A DNA stretch of 64,000 bases from the human T2T-CHM13v2.0 reference genome, Homo sapiens: NCBI RefSeq assembly GCF_009914755.1, contig NC_060926.1; one strand, given 5' to 3'. Position 1 is the first letter of the stretch. Each line of letters begins with the position of its first letter. This document shows positions 15,090-28,704 of this stretch, one piece after another. The notes below the pieces were generated by a model. It saw nothing but the letters and a program-made list of their open reading frames with translations, had not been told where the DNA came from and searched no databases. A program made the position numbers and the translations under genes.

Positions 15090-16200
15090 CCACTCAGCTG
15101 CCTACACTAGGAACCTCAGGACTCTCCTCTATATTTCCCGTCCTCTCTAATCAGCTGTCAACCCATTCTGCCTCTTCACCCTCACTCAAAACCTCTGCCA
15201 CCTCCTCAACCCCAAAGTCACTGCTTTAGATGACATCTTCATCCCCTTTTGCCTGTACCATTTCCAACAGCCTCCTTAAAACATTTCCCTGCTTGCAATA
15301 CATTTTCTATACCACCAACAGAATCATCTTAAAACCAATCTGAGTCATTTGTTACCTATAAGCTCCCAATAGTTTCCCAGTGCCTAGAAAATGAAGTCCA
15401 TGCTCAGTAACATCCTATAAAATGTTGTGCTATAGCCCAGTTGTGCTTCCATACTCTTTCACTCCAGTCCTTCTCCAACCCTTCAGCCTCATGTGATGTG
15501 CTCACTCTTGTCTGGAACAGCCTGAGTTCACAGCTCTGTGAAGATTCTTCCCTATGCCTAGGGTAATCTTCTCTACCTACCAAATGCCTATTCATCCTTA
15601 TATTAGTCCATTCTCACGTTGCTGATAAAGATATACCTAAGACTGGGCAATGTACAAAAGAAAGAGGTTTAATGGACTAACAGTTCCACATGGCTGGGGA
15701 GGCCTCACAATCATGGTGGAAGGCAAGGAGAAGCAAGTCACATCTTACATGGATGGCAGCAGGCAGAGAGAGCTTATGCAGGGAAAGTACCATTTTTAAA
15801 GCCATCAGATCTCGTGAGATTTATTCACTATCATGAGAACAGCATGGGAAAGACTCACTCCCATGATTCAATTACTTCCCACTAGGTTCCTCCTACCACA
15901 CATGGGAATTGTGGGAGTTACAATTCAAGATGAGATTTGGGTGGGGACAGAGCCAAACCATATCAATCCTTAAACAGGTTACATCGTCTTCTTTGTGAAG
16001 GGTTCCTTTCTAGGGCAAGGTTTATAATTCCCCACTCTGCTTTTATTATAGCACTGATTCTGCTGTACTGTAATTACTTATCCATAGGTCTATTGCGTCC
16101 TCAAGACTGCGCACTCCCAGAAGACAATGACAATGCCTGGTATAGTACCTGGCTCAGAGTAGGTGCTCAAGAAACATTTGTTGAATTAATAAATGAATAT
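15090..16200 (+). mobile_element. L2, interrupted by a THE1 LTR
   Basis: L2 3' end gtaggtgctcaagaaacatttgttgaattaataaatgaat at about 16160-16198, with upstream L2-like pyrimidine-rich body. Confidence 0.75.
15599..15965 (-). mobile_element. THE1 (B/C-like) solo LTR
   Basis: Close to the recalled THE1 consensus. Perfect 5-bp TSD ATCCT (15594-15598 and 15966-15970). Sense to PID1. Confidence 0.93.
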
Positions 16201-18254
16201 CACCTTTAAAAAAATTTTCTGTAGCTAACATTCTACAGGTACGTGGCATTTGAATATGAAGCCCAAAGATGAAAAACAAGAATGAAACAAAGTATCTGCC
16301 TCACAGTAAATCCCACCACCCAAGGGAACTAATCAAATAAAACAATAAATAAGGAGGCTTAGTATTAATCTCAATCATCTTTATCTGTATTCCTCCAATA
16401 CCAAGAGAAATGAAACTCATGTATTTTTACACAAAGTTACATCTACACCATTCAAAGCCCAATTTAGTAACTCTCAGCTTTTCCTAGCTCATACATTTTT
16501 GTTATAATGCTTTCTTTTCAGATCATCTAAGTTTTTTTAAAAAATCATCTTATCTTGGTTTTTGTCAAGCAAAGGTTAATATTGGATACTTTAATCACAA
16601 AACTCATGTTTGGCACTGGGTCTTGGCAGAAAGCCCCACGTGTAATTTCTCTGGGACTAAATTACTCATTTCTAATATAAACATAAGAATAAAGCAAAAA
16701 CTAGCATTATGTAAACAAAATATGTTATTTTTTAGTTCTCAACTGAAAACTCATGCAACCTCATTTAACCACTATTTCAATGAGACATGGGATTTTAATG
16801 TGACACAAGACAAACCAGGATCCCTTGTTAAGCAGTCAGCATAGTCCAAAAGAACCCCATACCCAGTAGCCTTTTTCCAGTCAAATTTTTAAGCAGTCTG
16901 GTTTCATTTTTTCCAAATACAGAACCAAGTATCCCTGATTCTTATCGTCATCCAAACAACTGCAACCAGCTGTGAAAACTAGAACTAGGAATCAAGTCTG
17001 TCTATAGGGAGTCCCCTCAAAGCTACTAAGCATGACTGTTTTCATCAACAAATATTCATGACCCTATTTTCCAAAATTCCAACTCTGCCAACCATTTCAT
17101 TTTAAAAAGAGAGAAAGCAAATGAGACAGAAAGAGAGATTCAATCCTTTAAAATCCTTTAATTTTTCTTCCTTTCAACTCAGTCAAAATTAGGTAACCTC
17201 TCATAAGAAAGTTAATTATCTTCTCCTCTTTTGGGATTTTATTTTGTAACCCCCCAAATAATGCATTTATTACAAACACAAGATACCTCTTCTATTGCCA
17301 CAATCCTCACATATTATCTAATCTGCAAAAGCAATTCCCTACTTTGTTAAAAGTAAAACCATGGACTCTTCCTTTCCCATTTCCTTATTGAGAGCTTCAT
17401 GTCCCAGGCTTTGCTCTCTGGATTCCCATCAGAAGGTTCCTACAAAATCCTCCCTACCTTATGCTCTGCCTCTGCAGCATTAGGTATGACATCTGCCATG
17501 GCATTAGCCACTTCAGTGCTCAGAGAAATAGAAAAACCATCCTGGAGAACTTCAAAACTCCATAAGCAGAAGCTTCAGGTAATAGAAAGGGAGCGTTACT
17601 TGCTTTTCAGTTGCCTAAGATCAAAATCGCACACACAGGTCTGTTGTGTTGCAAAGCCCATCTCCACCAGTAGACATGTTTTTCTTTACACTTAAAAGAG
17701 CTGTCCAAACTAATTAAGGCATTTGCATCTTCTCCTTGACAACACTCTTAAAAGCCCACCTGTTGTGTGAAACTCTTCTGCATGACTAAGTCTCTTGCAC
17801 TCCCTTTTTCCTGTGTTCCCTTTGGAGCACATGACTTCATAAAGCTTGTCTCTTGGCCATGTGCCTCCCTACTCCCAAACAAGGCCAAGATGAAAATGAT
17901 GCTTCTTGTAACACTCCAAGCCTCCTGGTAAAAGATGCAGTGGTGGATATAAGCTCAAGTGCTTCTTACTCCTCATTCCCAAGTTCAAGTGAAAAAGGCA
18001 ACTTGTATTGCCTTGCCTACTTTCCTTCCCTCTCATCAGCCTTTACTAACAACAATTATAATCCTGAAGGTATGAAGATGCTACTTGTTTTAATCAGAAT
18101 AGATTTGTGCACATTACATTAAAAATTCTTACAAATTCTTAACACTTACTATTACTTAGAGTGCAAATTACAGTGCTGCTTACCAAGACAATTAGCACTG
18201 GGGGTCTGGGGCAGCTATGCCACACCTTTTATCAGCAGACTGATAAAAAATACT

Positions 18255-18480
18255 TGAACGTATTTTATAGTTTATGAAACATTTTTACATATATTATCTC
18301 ATTTCACACTCAGAAGAAGCTAATGAGGTAGATTTTATTAGACTCATTTTGCTGAATGGGGAAATTGAGGCTCAGAAGTTTGTGTAACTTGCCCAAAGTT
18401 ATAAAGACAGTACTTAGTAGGGCTAAAACTTCCCTGAAAATTTCCCAATTCCTAGTTCTACCCTGTTCCCATTATACCAC
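18255..18480 (-). mobile_element. MIR
   Basis: ctcattttgctgaatggggaaattgaggctcagaag...aacttgcccaaagt MIR core. Confidence 0.75.
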
Positions 18481-19758
18481 GTTCACTTAGGCCAAGGGAA
18501 TGTTTAAGTCATGTTTTATCCTGCATCCTTCATTTTGGCTGTAGTTTCGTTGGTTGTTGGGCTGTTTTTCGTGCTCTGTTTGTTTCATTTTGCAGACCAA
18601 ATTGTGACAGGTACTTCTTTGGTAAACCTGAACAAATAAGAGTTATTTCTTCTCTTTTCTGTAGAAATAAAAACAGAATTTGCATATAATAGCAATCGCT
18701 GATTCCTGTCTAGGCTAGTTAGAGTTTAAAAAGTTGGAAGACCTCACCCACAGCAGTTCCAAATGCAATGCTTTACATTTAGGTAATTATCAATTATCTT
18801 TCAAATTCATATTAGCCAGGGAGCCAATACAGCCAGCCTACCAGAAGGAAATGATGCTTCAAACTGCGGAGCTGCTGGCATTCAGGTCATGAAATAACAT
18901 AACTATGAAATTATGCAAGTAAATACCATCCTCATTCACGTAACATTTGAAAAATAATTGCTGTAAAGGAAATAATGGAATATCATGCAATATCCCTGCA
19001 AGGTCCATTTTCAGGCCCATATTTCACTACACAGAAACACACATACACATAATTGAAGAGTTAGGCTTCCTTGGTTACATACCCGTCTAACAATAAACAA
19101 GCTGGAAGTCAGTCACTCTATTCATGTTGAGCTGTGGGCACACACACCCATTTATTATCTGTGGGACTGACTGTGCCGCAAACTTTAGTGGCAATAAATA
19201 GTTGCAGAGGAAGAACCATCCACGGAACAAATAAAAACATGAGTGGATTCCAAAAAGTACAAAGATTTGCTCAACAAAACTCACTAGGCAAGGCCAGCAT
19301 TATAAAAACCTGCCTCCAATCCTTCAACTGAAGCAAAATGTCTCTGGCAACTGGGAATAGTTAAAATTTCCTATTTTCTGATTATTCCAAGTGCTTACCT
19401 CTGCACATCCGGTCTCCAGCTGGGTTGGTCAGCACAAGAAGTCGCCTAAGAAAGCCAGTTCTCACAATCTTTTCAGACCAATTTAGCAATTTGCAAAATG
19501 GAGAAGGTTTATCATGATGGAAAAAAAGTAAGGTAGCCTCAGCAGTAAAAATAACCAAAGCCACAGACAATGACCCACCAACTCAAGTACAGAAACAGAA
19601 TCCACATCACAATAAGAAAAATTCTACTCAGGGAAAACAGAAAGGGAATATAAATAAAACCAGAAAACTTCTATCATTAATGTGCATATGGGGCAAACTG
19701 AATACAAAGCTCCATAGAGGAGCAAAAATTTAACAATGATGATTTCTAGAAAGCACGG

Positions 19759-20125
19759 TGTATCATTGAGGATTAGCTTCAGCTGCAAATGAAAGATAAA
19801 GCAAAAGAACATTGGTTTAAAGGACATAGACATTTCCATCTCTCACACAGAAACAAAGCCTGGAGTGAGAGGCCCAAGGCTAGTATGAAAGCTCCAGAAC
19901 TCACACATCTTTATGTTCTACAGTTCTTAGCACATGGCTCCTCTCACATGGCTTAAAAGGGCCTCTCAAATGACCATCACATTTATATTCCTGCCAGATT
20001 ACAGGAAGAAGAGTGCAGAGATGCATGCATCCTGCCTGTAAGATATCCCTGCTTATGTCCCACCAACTACAACTAAATTGCTGTAGGACTAGCGCAAGTG
20101 AACTTGGAAATAGCAAAACATCTCA
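19759..20125 (-). mobile_element. Old MLT1 (J-O class)-like LTR
   Basis: Diverged MaLR-like 3' terminus pattern; subfamily uncertain. Confidence 0.45.
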
Positions 20126-20167
20126 TAACTAGTGCAAGCGAACTTGGAAATAGCAAAATATTTCTTT
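20088..20167. repeat. 40-bp tandem duplication
   Basis: actagcgcaagtgaacttggaaatagcaaaacat... followed by actagtgcaagcgaacttggaaatagcaaaatat... Confidence 0.9.
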
Positions 20168-20479
20168 ACAATTGGCATTTGCAATGGTTGGAAGATAAAT
20201 ATTTTACAGCTCGAGGGAATTCAGGGCCTTGGGGTCCATGCAAACATCCAAAAGATATTTAGAAACTACCTACTTTTGCCAGATACTAGGCTCTGCACTG
20301 GAGAACAGCCCCTGCCTTTAGGCACAGACAGTTCAGTGACCACCACTCCCTAAAACAACTAGAAGTGACATTTATGAACACGCATGCATAATGTCTTCTT
20401 CTTTAACAGTTTACTTGGAAATAACCTCCAACATACCAAAACACAGCAAGAATAAGACAGCTTTATCAGATCTACCAAC

Positions 20480-21505
20480 CACCAACACTTTATCACATTT
20501 GCTTTATTATATATTGTCATTCTCACTTATTCACTTTCTCCCACCTCCTTCTCTTACTACTCCTCTTCCTTCTCATCCTCCTCATCCTTCCTTCTCTCTC
20601 TTCCCTTTCCTTACCTTTTTCCTCCCTTTACCCACATGCATTTGAGAGTAAGATACAGACGCTATTTCCCCTTCATCCCTAAATATATCAGTATATATTT
20701 CCTAAGAACAAGAACATTCTCTTGCCTAACCATAGTAAAATTATGTCACCAACTAACTCAGTGAAGTCATTTATACTAATGTTTTTCCTGGTCCAGGATC
20801 AAATTCAAGATCATGTACTGCACTGGGTTGTCATGTCTACTCAATCTGGACCAGTTTCTTAGCCTTTTTTTCTCTTTCATGGTACTGATATTTTTGAAGA
20901 GCCTGAGACAGTTGTTTTAGAGAATACATGCTCCTGGAACAGGAATATGATGCGAGTGAGCCTTCTCAGTGCGTTGTATCAGGAGGCAGACGATCATGGT
21001 TTGCCTCATTATGGGTGATGCTAACTTTGATTCTTTGTCTAAGTTAATTTCTTCCATTGGACTTTTCCAGTGGAAAGTTAGCATTTTCCTGTAGTCAACT
21101 GATAGTGTCTGGTGAGATACTTTGAGATTCTATAAATAACCTGTCCCACATAAAACATTCACACACTAGTTTTATAATCACTAATGATTCTTGCCTGGAT
21201 TAAGTATTATTATGATGATTGAAAATGGTGATTTTCTAACTCCATCATCCCTGCTTTATTTATTAGGTAACATTTTATTGTAAGGAAGAGCTTACCTTTC
21301 TTATCTATTTATTTGTTTGCTTATTCCTTTGTTTAAATCAGTTTATATTAGTATGAACTCATAGACTTATTTTTTTTTAAAGTGCTAAAATCCTCAAAAG
21401 CTGTTATTTATTTTGAGGTGTACTAAATTTGTCCAATGAAAGCCAAGGGGCCTTCTGTGTCATGTTGAAATAACTTTTTTTTTCTGAGCACTTCCTTGCT
21501 TTCTA
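20480..21505 (-). mobile_element. L1MC4/5-like 3' region
   Basis: tttgagagtaag...ccctaaatatatcagtatatatttcctaagaacaagaacattctctt and ctgagcacttccttgcttt motifs. Confidence 0.7.
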
Positions 21506-22069
21506 CAACAACAGATAATGTGTTTAGGAATCTTAGAGACCTCTGGCTTTCTTGATGATGCTCAAATGGAGCTCACTTTGTTTTACACAAGGAAAAGCAA
21601 CCTAAAACTTTCTCCCCCATCTGAAAGCCCACCAGAAAACAGATGCAACTCTGAACAAGACAGATTCTATGTTTTATATTTTTAATTAATTGCCATTTAT
21701 GAATAGCTCCAACTATTGCCATCTCTTGCATTCCTGAAATTAAATATAACAAAGGGAATGTCCCTAATAGTAAGTAGAAATAACTTGGGTACAAGCTATC
21801 TGCAATGTATAATATCTTTATTTAAATGTCAAGAAAATCCAGAACACATTTCAAAAAAGTTTAATATAAACACATAGAATTGTGCATTTTCCCCCATTAA
21901 CATGTGGCTCTAAAGATAAATGTAAGAAAAATACCTCTCTCAACACAAAAGTAAAATTCTTCTCTTAGCATGCTCATTATGCCACTCTATCTCTTACCTT
22001 TCCATCCACAGAAATTAAGAGAGATGACAAAAAATAAATTATAAAATATCATTAGTTTATTGAAGCATG

Positions 22070-22350
22070 ACATAAATATATTCACTGAGCTTGTATGGTG
22101 TTGCCGGCCTTGTATTCCAAGTATTATTCCATGTGCAATGGGGCACACAAAGATGAACAAAGACCCAGCCCTCAGCTTCTAGGCTTTTGGAAGATAGAAG
22201 TCCACACATAATTCCAATAAAAAGAAAAACAAGAATGAGCTGAATGGTATAACTGAAGCAGAAGAACAAACTGTGGACACCCAGAAGAAAGGGATGACTC
22301 ATTGCAACTGGATACCAGGAAAGACTTTGGCAGAAGAGGGGCAACTTCAA
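22070..22350 (-). mobile_element. L2 fragment
   Basis: aaatatattcactgagc...aagatgaacaaagacccagccctc, antisense L2 3' end. Confidence 0.6.
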
Positions 22351-22356
22351 CTGCTA

Positions 22357-22470
22357 TGACAGGAGTATGATCCCCCAGGCAGGGCAGGTGGCTGACAGGA
22401 GTATGATCCCCTGGGCAGGGCAGGCGGCTGACAGGAGTATGATCCCCCAGGCAGAGCAGGCGGCTGACAG
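22357..22470. repeat. 36-bp minisatellite, 3 copies plus 6 bp
   Basis: Unit TGACAGGAGTATGATCCCCCAGGCAGGGCAGGYGGC starting at 22357, 22393 and 22429; partial unit at 22465. Confidence 0.95.
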
Positions 22471-25400
22471 AAAAGGATATTTCAAAGTTACGAAACAACA
22501 TTAGCAAAAGCATCAAACATCAAAACACACAACTGTGGAAGATGGTCTGGAATGTATGGAAGGATGTAGAGAGAGATGAAGAAGATGGTTTAAGAGCTTG
22601 AACCAAAGCATCAAAGCAACTCCTTAGCATCCGATAAAGGCACTTTTTTATAAACACTAACTACAGAAAGTGAAGGGAAATTGTTTCACCTAATCACTGA
22701 TATTTGAGTTAATTTGGCTTTGTTCCCTACAATCTGCTCACATCCAATGTGAAAAAGACTGCAGAAAAATGAAATAAAAGGAAAAGAAGGTATAAACCAA
22801 ATGATATTTTCCCAAATAGAAAATTATCCAAACAGTATCTGTCCAAACAAACATAAAAATTCCCAACTTCTGAGTACTCAGATGCAATTTTTTTAATCAC
22901 AAAAAAGAGTCTTTCTTTCTTAGGACTCTTGGCAGTTTTCAACACATGCCATTGGACAAAATGCTTTTATTTAAAGATGGGCTAGAAAACCATCTGATAC
23001 CATATCAGACCCAGTATCAACTGACTGTTCAAATCAGAGGACTGTGTTGCTTTCAGCATTATTGCACCAAACCACAGGAAAAAAGCACAAAGGTTCTACG
23101 GCAAATAAAAAAGTTCACAGCATCTGGGGATATCGCATCTTCCACATCTGCCATTATTTTAAACTCAGCACCTGTGGTAGAGGTGGCTGGTATGATGCTG
23201 CCAATTTTCTCGTTTTCCTTATTGACAGAACTCCGATTTGGTTGGGGGCAAAAAAGTGCTCAGTTAAAATATTTTCTTTCCCAAGCAAATATTTGGGCAC
23301 ATGTCACAGTTCTCATCCCTGAGGTGTTAGTATCCTTCTGGGTAGGACTCGAGGGGAAGCTTTTGTTTACCTAATAAAAACCCAATGATGATGAAGACCC
23401 TCATCTTTGCCCTTTACAGCGTCTTAGGATGGAAGTTTCCCCTGTAGTAACATGGATCTACCCGGCATTTAACTGATTGAAACCTTCTTGAGCACAGGGA
23501 CCTCTTCTTTATACCCACCTTAAAACTCAGTTTGGCTCCTCACTCAAAAACAAAAGATCAGTCAACATTTGCTGAAAGTAAAGACTATGGGAAATTAACA
23601 CGAGGAGAAGCACTGTGACAAATCCAAATCACAGTCAGTGCACTTTTACCCTACAGTAATCTCCATCAATCAATTCAAGAGTGCCCAAATCTTTCAAGTA
23701 TCACCATCCTTTTTACATCCAAAATGTTGCCGACCCACACATAGTACTTTGATGCTCAAGGACTGAAAATGCACTTAAAGTCCAAAAGCCACTGTGAATC
23801 AATAATGATTTCAAATAAGTATTTCTTTTAATAAAGCACACAAGATTTGAAAAGTAATTGAAATATTTGCAAGGTACTGTATTTTTTTTTTTCAGTGTAT
23901 AGGAAATGTAGAATGCACAGAAAGTTAACAGTGGCCTGGAAGTAATTCCATGGCCCTCTTGAGTTCCAAGATCCGTTGGTCAAGAATTACTAATCAATAC
24001 TAAAAGCACTGTATCTGAGTCTATTCCACTGTCAGTATACCACCCAGAACTCCCCAAGATGTGAGTTTTAACATAGCCATGACTTTGCCTTTCATTTTGG
24101 CCAAACTTGGTTTCCAATTTCTAAAGCAGGCTTCTGCTCATATTTATAATGTGAAAATTTTCTTAAATGTTAACACTTATGAAATCGTTATGCTACATAA
24201 AAATTCCCCTGAGTGTGAGATACACGAAGAAATGCAAGAGATGAAAAATAATTTGCTCTATCACACATTTTCATATTTACCATTAGGCATTAAAAGCTTC
24301 AAATCAAAATTAAATTTCCTATGTAAAATTAAAAAGACAAATAGCATCAGTTCCTTAAATTAGCAGAAGCAGGCATCTGCTAAAGTTCTGAGGTAGACAT
24401 TCAGTGCATTTTACAAGAAATCAACAATATGTCCATTTCTTCCAGTCCTTGGATCGAAATAAGTCCATTCGTTCTCTTCATCTATAACCCAATAAATAAG
24501 TTTTGATGGCCATCTAATGCAAAGATAATGCCCTCTTAACCATAAGCTAAAAAAAAAAAAAAAAAAGAAAAGCTTAAAAAAAAGAAAGAAAAAAAAACAC
24601 ACAAAGAATGCAATGGCTTTGAAGCAACAGCCAAATTTGTTTTTGTCCAATTCATTTGTGTCTTCCAGCCCACCAAGAGCTTACAGCCACTGAAAAAGGA
24701 AGATGGAAGAAAGGAGAGGTGGTGATGGCCCCTTGGGAAAGCCATAAAAAAGTGTCTAAAAGGCTCAGCAGTTAGCAAGAGAGTTCAAAGAAATCAGGAA
24801 TGGAAAGAACTTCACTCCCATTAATTATAGGGAAAGGAGGAAGAGAGAAGCAAGAAAGGAAGAAAGTTGTTTTTGTTTTTGTGTTTTTAATTTGGGGGCA
24901 GAAAACACAGATGTGGTCACAAATAACAGAGCAATTCCACCTTACTTGCAAAGTTGGGATCCCTGTAAATGCAAATTAATTTTGATTTCCAAAAGACTCC
25001 CTCTAAGTTTCATCAACTGCTTGCCTACTCCTAGGACGTGCCAGCACACATCCTTTCCAGTGCAGAGCAAATACATATCTCATGGGCCAGCTCCTGTTCA
25101 GCAAGGGCATTGAATTACATTATGAAGAAAAATGCCAATTGTCTGGGTCAAGGAGTAAAGAGATCAGCATTGAGCTTGAGCTATTTACCATTAACAGAGT
25201 AGAGAGGAGACATAAATTAGTAGGTTTTTTAAACTCTGTATTCTTCTTTCCCTAGCCTGCCTTACTTCCAGAAAACCCCTGAGCTGTATCACTCAGTCTG
25301 TCAACTTCCTAAAACAGATATTGGCTGTACTCTATACCTGAATATTTTAATATAATTTCTCCAAGAAGATTCCCACAAGGGGAATACTAATTTGAATTTC

Positions 25401-26433
25401 TTTGGTTGCACAACACTTCCCCAAATTTGCACTTTTGCAAAGCCATTCATTTCCTACAAAGCATCAAGTTCCTAGAGAAAAGACAAGGAGGTGGGTGGGG
25501 AAGGGGGTAGGGGGTGCCAAGCTAACTAATGCCAGATGAACTTTCCTGGATCCAGAGGGCTTTGTTTTGAAGATTTCTGCCTTGTGTTAAATCAAAGTAG
25601 CAAAGCAGGTCTTGAAAACTGGGGAACTATATTCTCTACCCAGAAGGTCAGGACTGCCAAAGTTGGAGGTATTTAACTTTCTGGGCTAAAGAATCCACAT
25701 TGTCCTAGAGTGAACTTACAGAGCCATTCACATTTTTAACCAACAACTACAAATGTTTCTTAAGAAATGAAGCTCAGACAGACTAAGGCCATGTCTTCTT
25801 TGACTATTTTGGCCAAAGCAGCTATTTGCATCCCTGACACTATTTCCACTCTAGGCTCAGAGATAAGAGGGATTTGTTTCATAATGTGTACCAAAATTAC
25901 TTTATTTGTTTTGGATGCAGTAAAAGCATCATTACTTAAAATGACACTCTGCTTTTTCAGTGCAGCAATTTGGCAGGAAGGTGAGAGTGACATCCAAGTT
26001 ATAAAAATCTTAAGATTTATAGGAGATGCCAATAGCAGGACTACACCCTTATAAACAACAAGGACCAAAAAACCTTTCTCCAAAGATGGGCCAGAACCTG
26101 GAAGCTGTGGGCCAGTACTACGGTAAAATGAGGATTATCTTCATTCAAAGTCACTTAATAAAGTAAGGGTATGTGCTTAAAAGAAATTCCAAGCAAAAAA
26201 AAAAAAAAAAAATTGCACCCTTTCTCCATCTCCCAGTTAAGCATGCACAGTTTTTACACGGAAGGGTACCCATATACAAGGACACTGTGCGTCCATAGGT
26301 TTCTGGTATTTTACAGAGCTTTCAAGCATGGCTCCTTCACTTTTCCCCAGACATATGCTCTGCCCCACATATCACCTTTTGTGAAACAGAATTTGAAGAC
26401 TGAACATCAATTGGTTCAAGGGAAATGTTACCT

Positions 26434-26915
26434 GTATATCATTCAGTTCTATGGTTGCAAGCAACAGACACCAACTCTGGCTGACTTAAGCAGAAAGAAA
26501 AAATATTGGAGTAACACTGAATTGAAAGGAGAGGGAGAGGATACAGCTCAGAAAGGAGAGGGATAGAGCCACTACCAGGGTCTGGGCAGCAGGACGACAG
26601 ACCTTCTTCGGAAATGGTTGCCAGCATTGTCAGCTATGACTACTTTGTCTTTTTGTCACCCTGCTGAGGATTCCAACTCCCGGGAGAAAGTGTCTAATCA
26701 ATCTAGTTTGGGTCACACATAGTCCCCGTGGCTAAAGAATGGCACATTCATTACGAACAACAACAACAAAAAAACCTCCAAAATTGAATGGAGTCTCCCT
26801 ACTGAAGAGGGATAGAATAGTTCCCCAAAGCAAAATCAGGGTATTGTTACCAGAAGATGGGAAATGAAGCTGAACAAAAAAACAAAAACAAAAACAAAAC
26901 ACAGATGTCCACTTC
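26434..26915 (-). mobile_element. Old MLT1-like LTR
   Basis: ggttgcaagcaacagacaccaactctggctgacttaagcagaaag start and cagatgtccact end, typical of old MLT1. Confidence 0.6.
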
Positions 26916-28704
26916 TGCTTCTACATAAACAGTCTTAGCATTCCTATTGAACTGTTTATTTTTTCAACTTCTAGGGACAACTTTGGCAAAAACTACAACT
27001 AATGCTATTACCCAAGTCTGCGTTACAATGTCCCATATAAAGAACCACATGATAAATTCCAGGGCCTTCAAGTTAGAAAAACGTCAGGGCTCCAGATGAG
27101 CCAATATACATTCTTCTATTAGGCCATGAAGGTTAAGTAACTAATCATGTTTCTCTTTTTCCTTGGGCTGCTAGGAAGCTCAGACCTAAAAGTTTTAGGC
27201 CGAGTTATGACCTTGGTTATAATTCTAGTCTAGGTTTTCAGGCACAACTAAATTCCTCCTTTCATTATATGACTGGTGTTCAAGGGGTTTTATGTTTAAA
27301 TGGTATGTTTTAATGTTTAAATGATATGTTTCTCTTTTATTGACAAGTACTTCAAAAGCATGTGAATTGTTTTCCCTTACTAACCAAAAGCCAACCTTTT
27401 CAGAACTATATAGGGGTCTAATGTATATTTGTATTTTCTGAGTTTGTAGTTTGGCCAGGACTTTTATATTCTGTGGGCAGCACCATCCCTTTCATTTTCT
27501 GCTACTGCAGAAATAATAAGCTTCTGCAGCAGAAACTATTTCAGATGAATTTCTGGGTTTAAAAGGTGCTACAGGAAAAACAGATTCGAGGAGAGAGAGT
27601 ATGCACACTAAATCTCAATGTGATTAGAGTGTGCAATATTTTTTCAAATAGTTATCAATAGAGTTCACTTTTTACGGGAAGGGGGTCAAATGGAGAGCAA
27701 TAGACAACTGTCTCAAGTCTATAATAGCCTCATCCAACTCAGATGGATGATGGATATCTCAGGGACTGGAATGCACACAGCATCCGTGCTTTCATGAATC
27801 AAGTAGATGGGTTGAGGGTGGGAGATCTAATTCATTGTTCTATAGCTCAAGCCACTGTGTGAGTCGATTCCAAGTATGTTTATGCTAAAAATCATCAGAA
27901 TCCTGTAACTGCAGGAAATGGGTAGCGTTAAGCAGATGGGTTCCACACTCAGCAAAGTAAATGAAAGCAGCAGTAAGTTTGCTCCCAAGATGACCAGTAA
28001 AATGTCTGCAAAGTGCTTTTGAGTGTTTTTTGGTGGGAACGGAGATTCTCTAAATAGAGAGGTATTACCACCATTATGGATGTTTTTCAGTTTGGGTTTT
28101 CTGAAATGGCATTTGAATGGGTCTTCCATTGGCTGATAATCTGTGAGGAATATGTTGAAATCCATTAAATTAAAAAATTATTCTCCACCCTCTACATGTC
28201 CTCCATTTTTGGAAGTAATCTCTTCCAATGTTTGGCAGTAAAATTCCCCAAAATAATCCAATATCATAACAATGAGAAGTTTTAGTTGCCTGGCGTGGGA
28301 TATGTAGGAAACAGGGATCTGCATTTAGTTAAAAGTAGAAGAAGCCTCCCACTTGTGCCTGGAACCCCTCCCAGATGCTCTGGATTAGAAAATAGGATAA
28401 GCCCCAACACTTCTAGTTTCTATGCCTTGGTTTACCCAGGAGACAAGCAATGACCATGGCTCCCCACTCCAATCATGAAAACTCCATCGCACAGCTCTCA
28501 AAATAGAGGGGACAGAAGTTGGCCTCCATGCACCTGCAGGTGGGCTGCGAGAGCTGTACTTGGAGAGCAATGAATGGTGCTAAACAAGTAAAATCAGTTA
28601 CCACCTTGGCCTTTAAGAGTCAGAAGACCAAGGACCTGGTTCTGTTTCCAACACAAGGTGAACTTGAGAGGCAGCTTTTACATTGGCCAAATGAAGGAGC
28701 TGAA

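Noticed and set aside
22357-22470. 36-bp repeat as a CRISPR-like array
   Set aside because: Units are contiguous with no unique spacers, there are no cas genes, and the DNA is mammalian.
22946-23374. 142-aa ORF
   Set aside because: Overlaps a probable old LTR33/MLT-like relic, is antisense to PID1, and has no domain or splice support.
26179-26217. Lone A-tract as another tail-only insertion (also 33417-33438 and 43242-43262)
   Set aside because: Putative TSDs are mostly A and mismatched or absent, so they cannot be distinguished from simple homopolymers.
27496-27536. Short imperfect hairpin ttctgctactgcagaa...ttctgcagcagaaa
   Set aside because: Short stem with a bulge; expected by chance or from a decayed MITE, with no ncRNA features.
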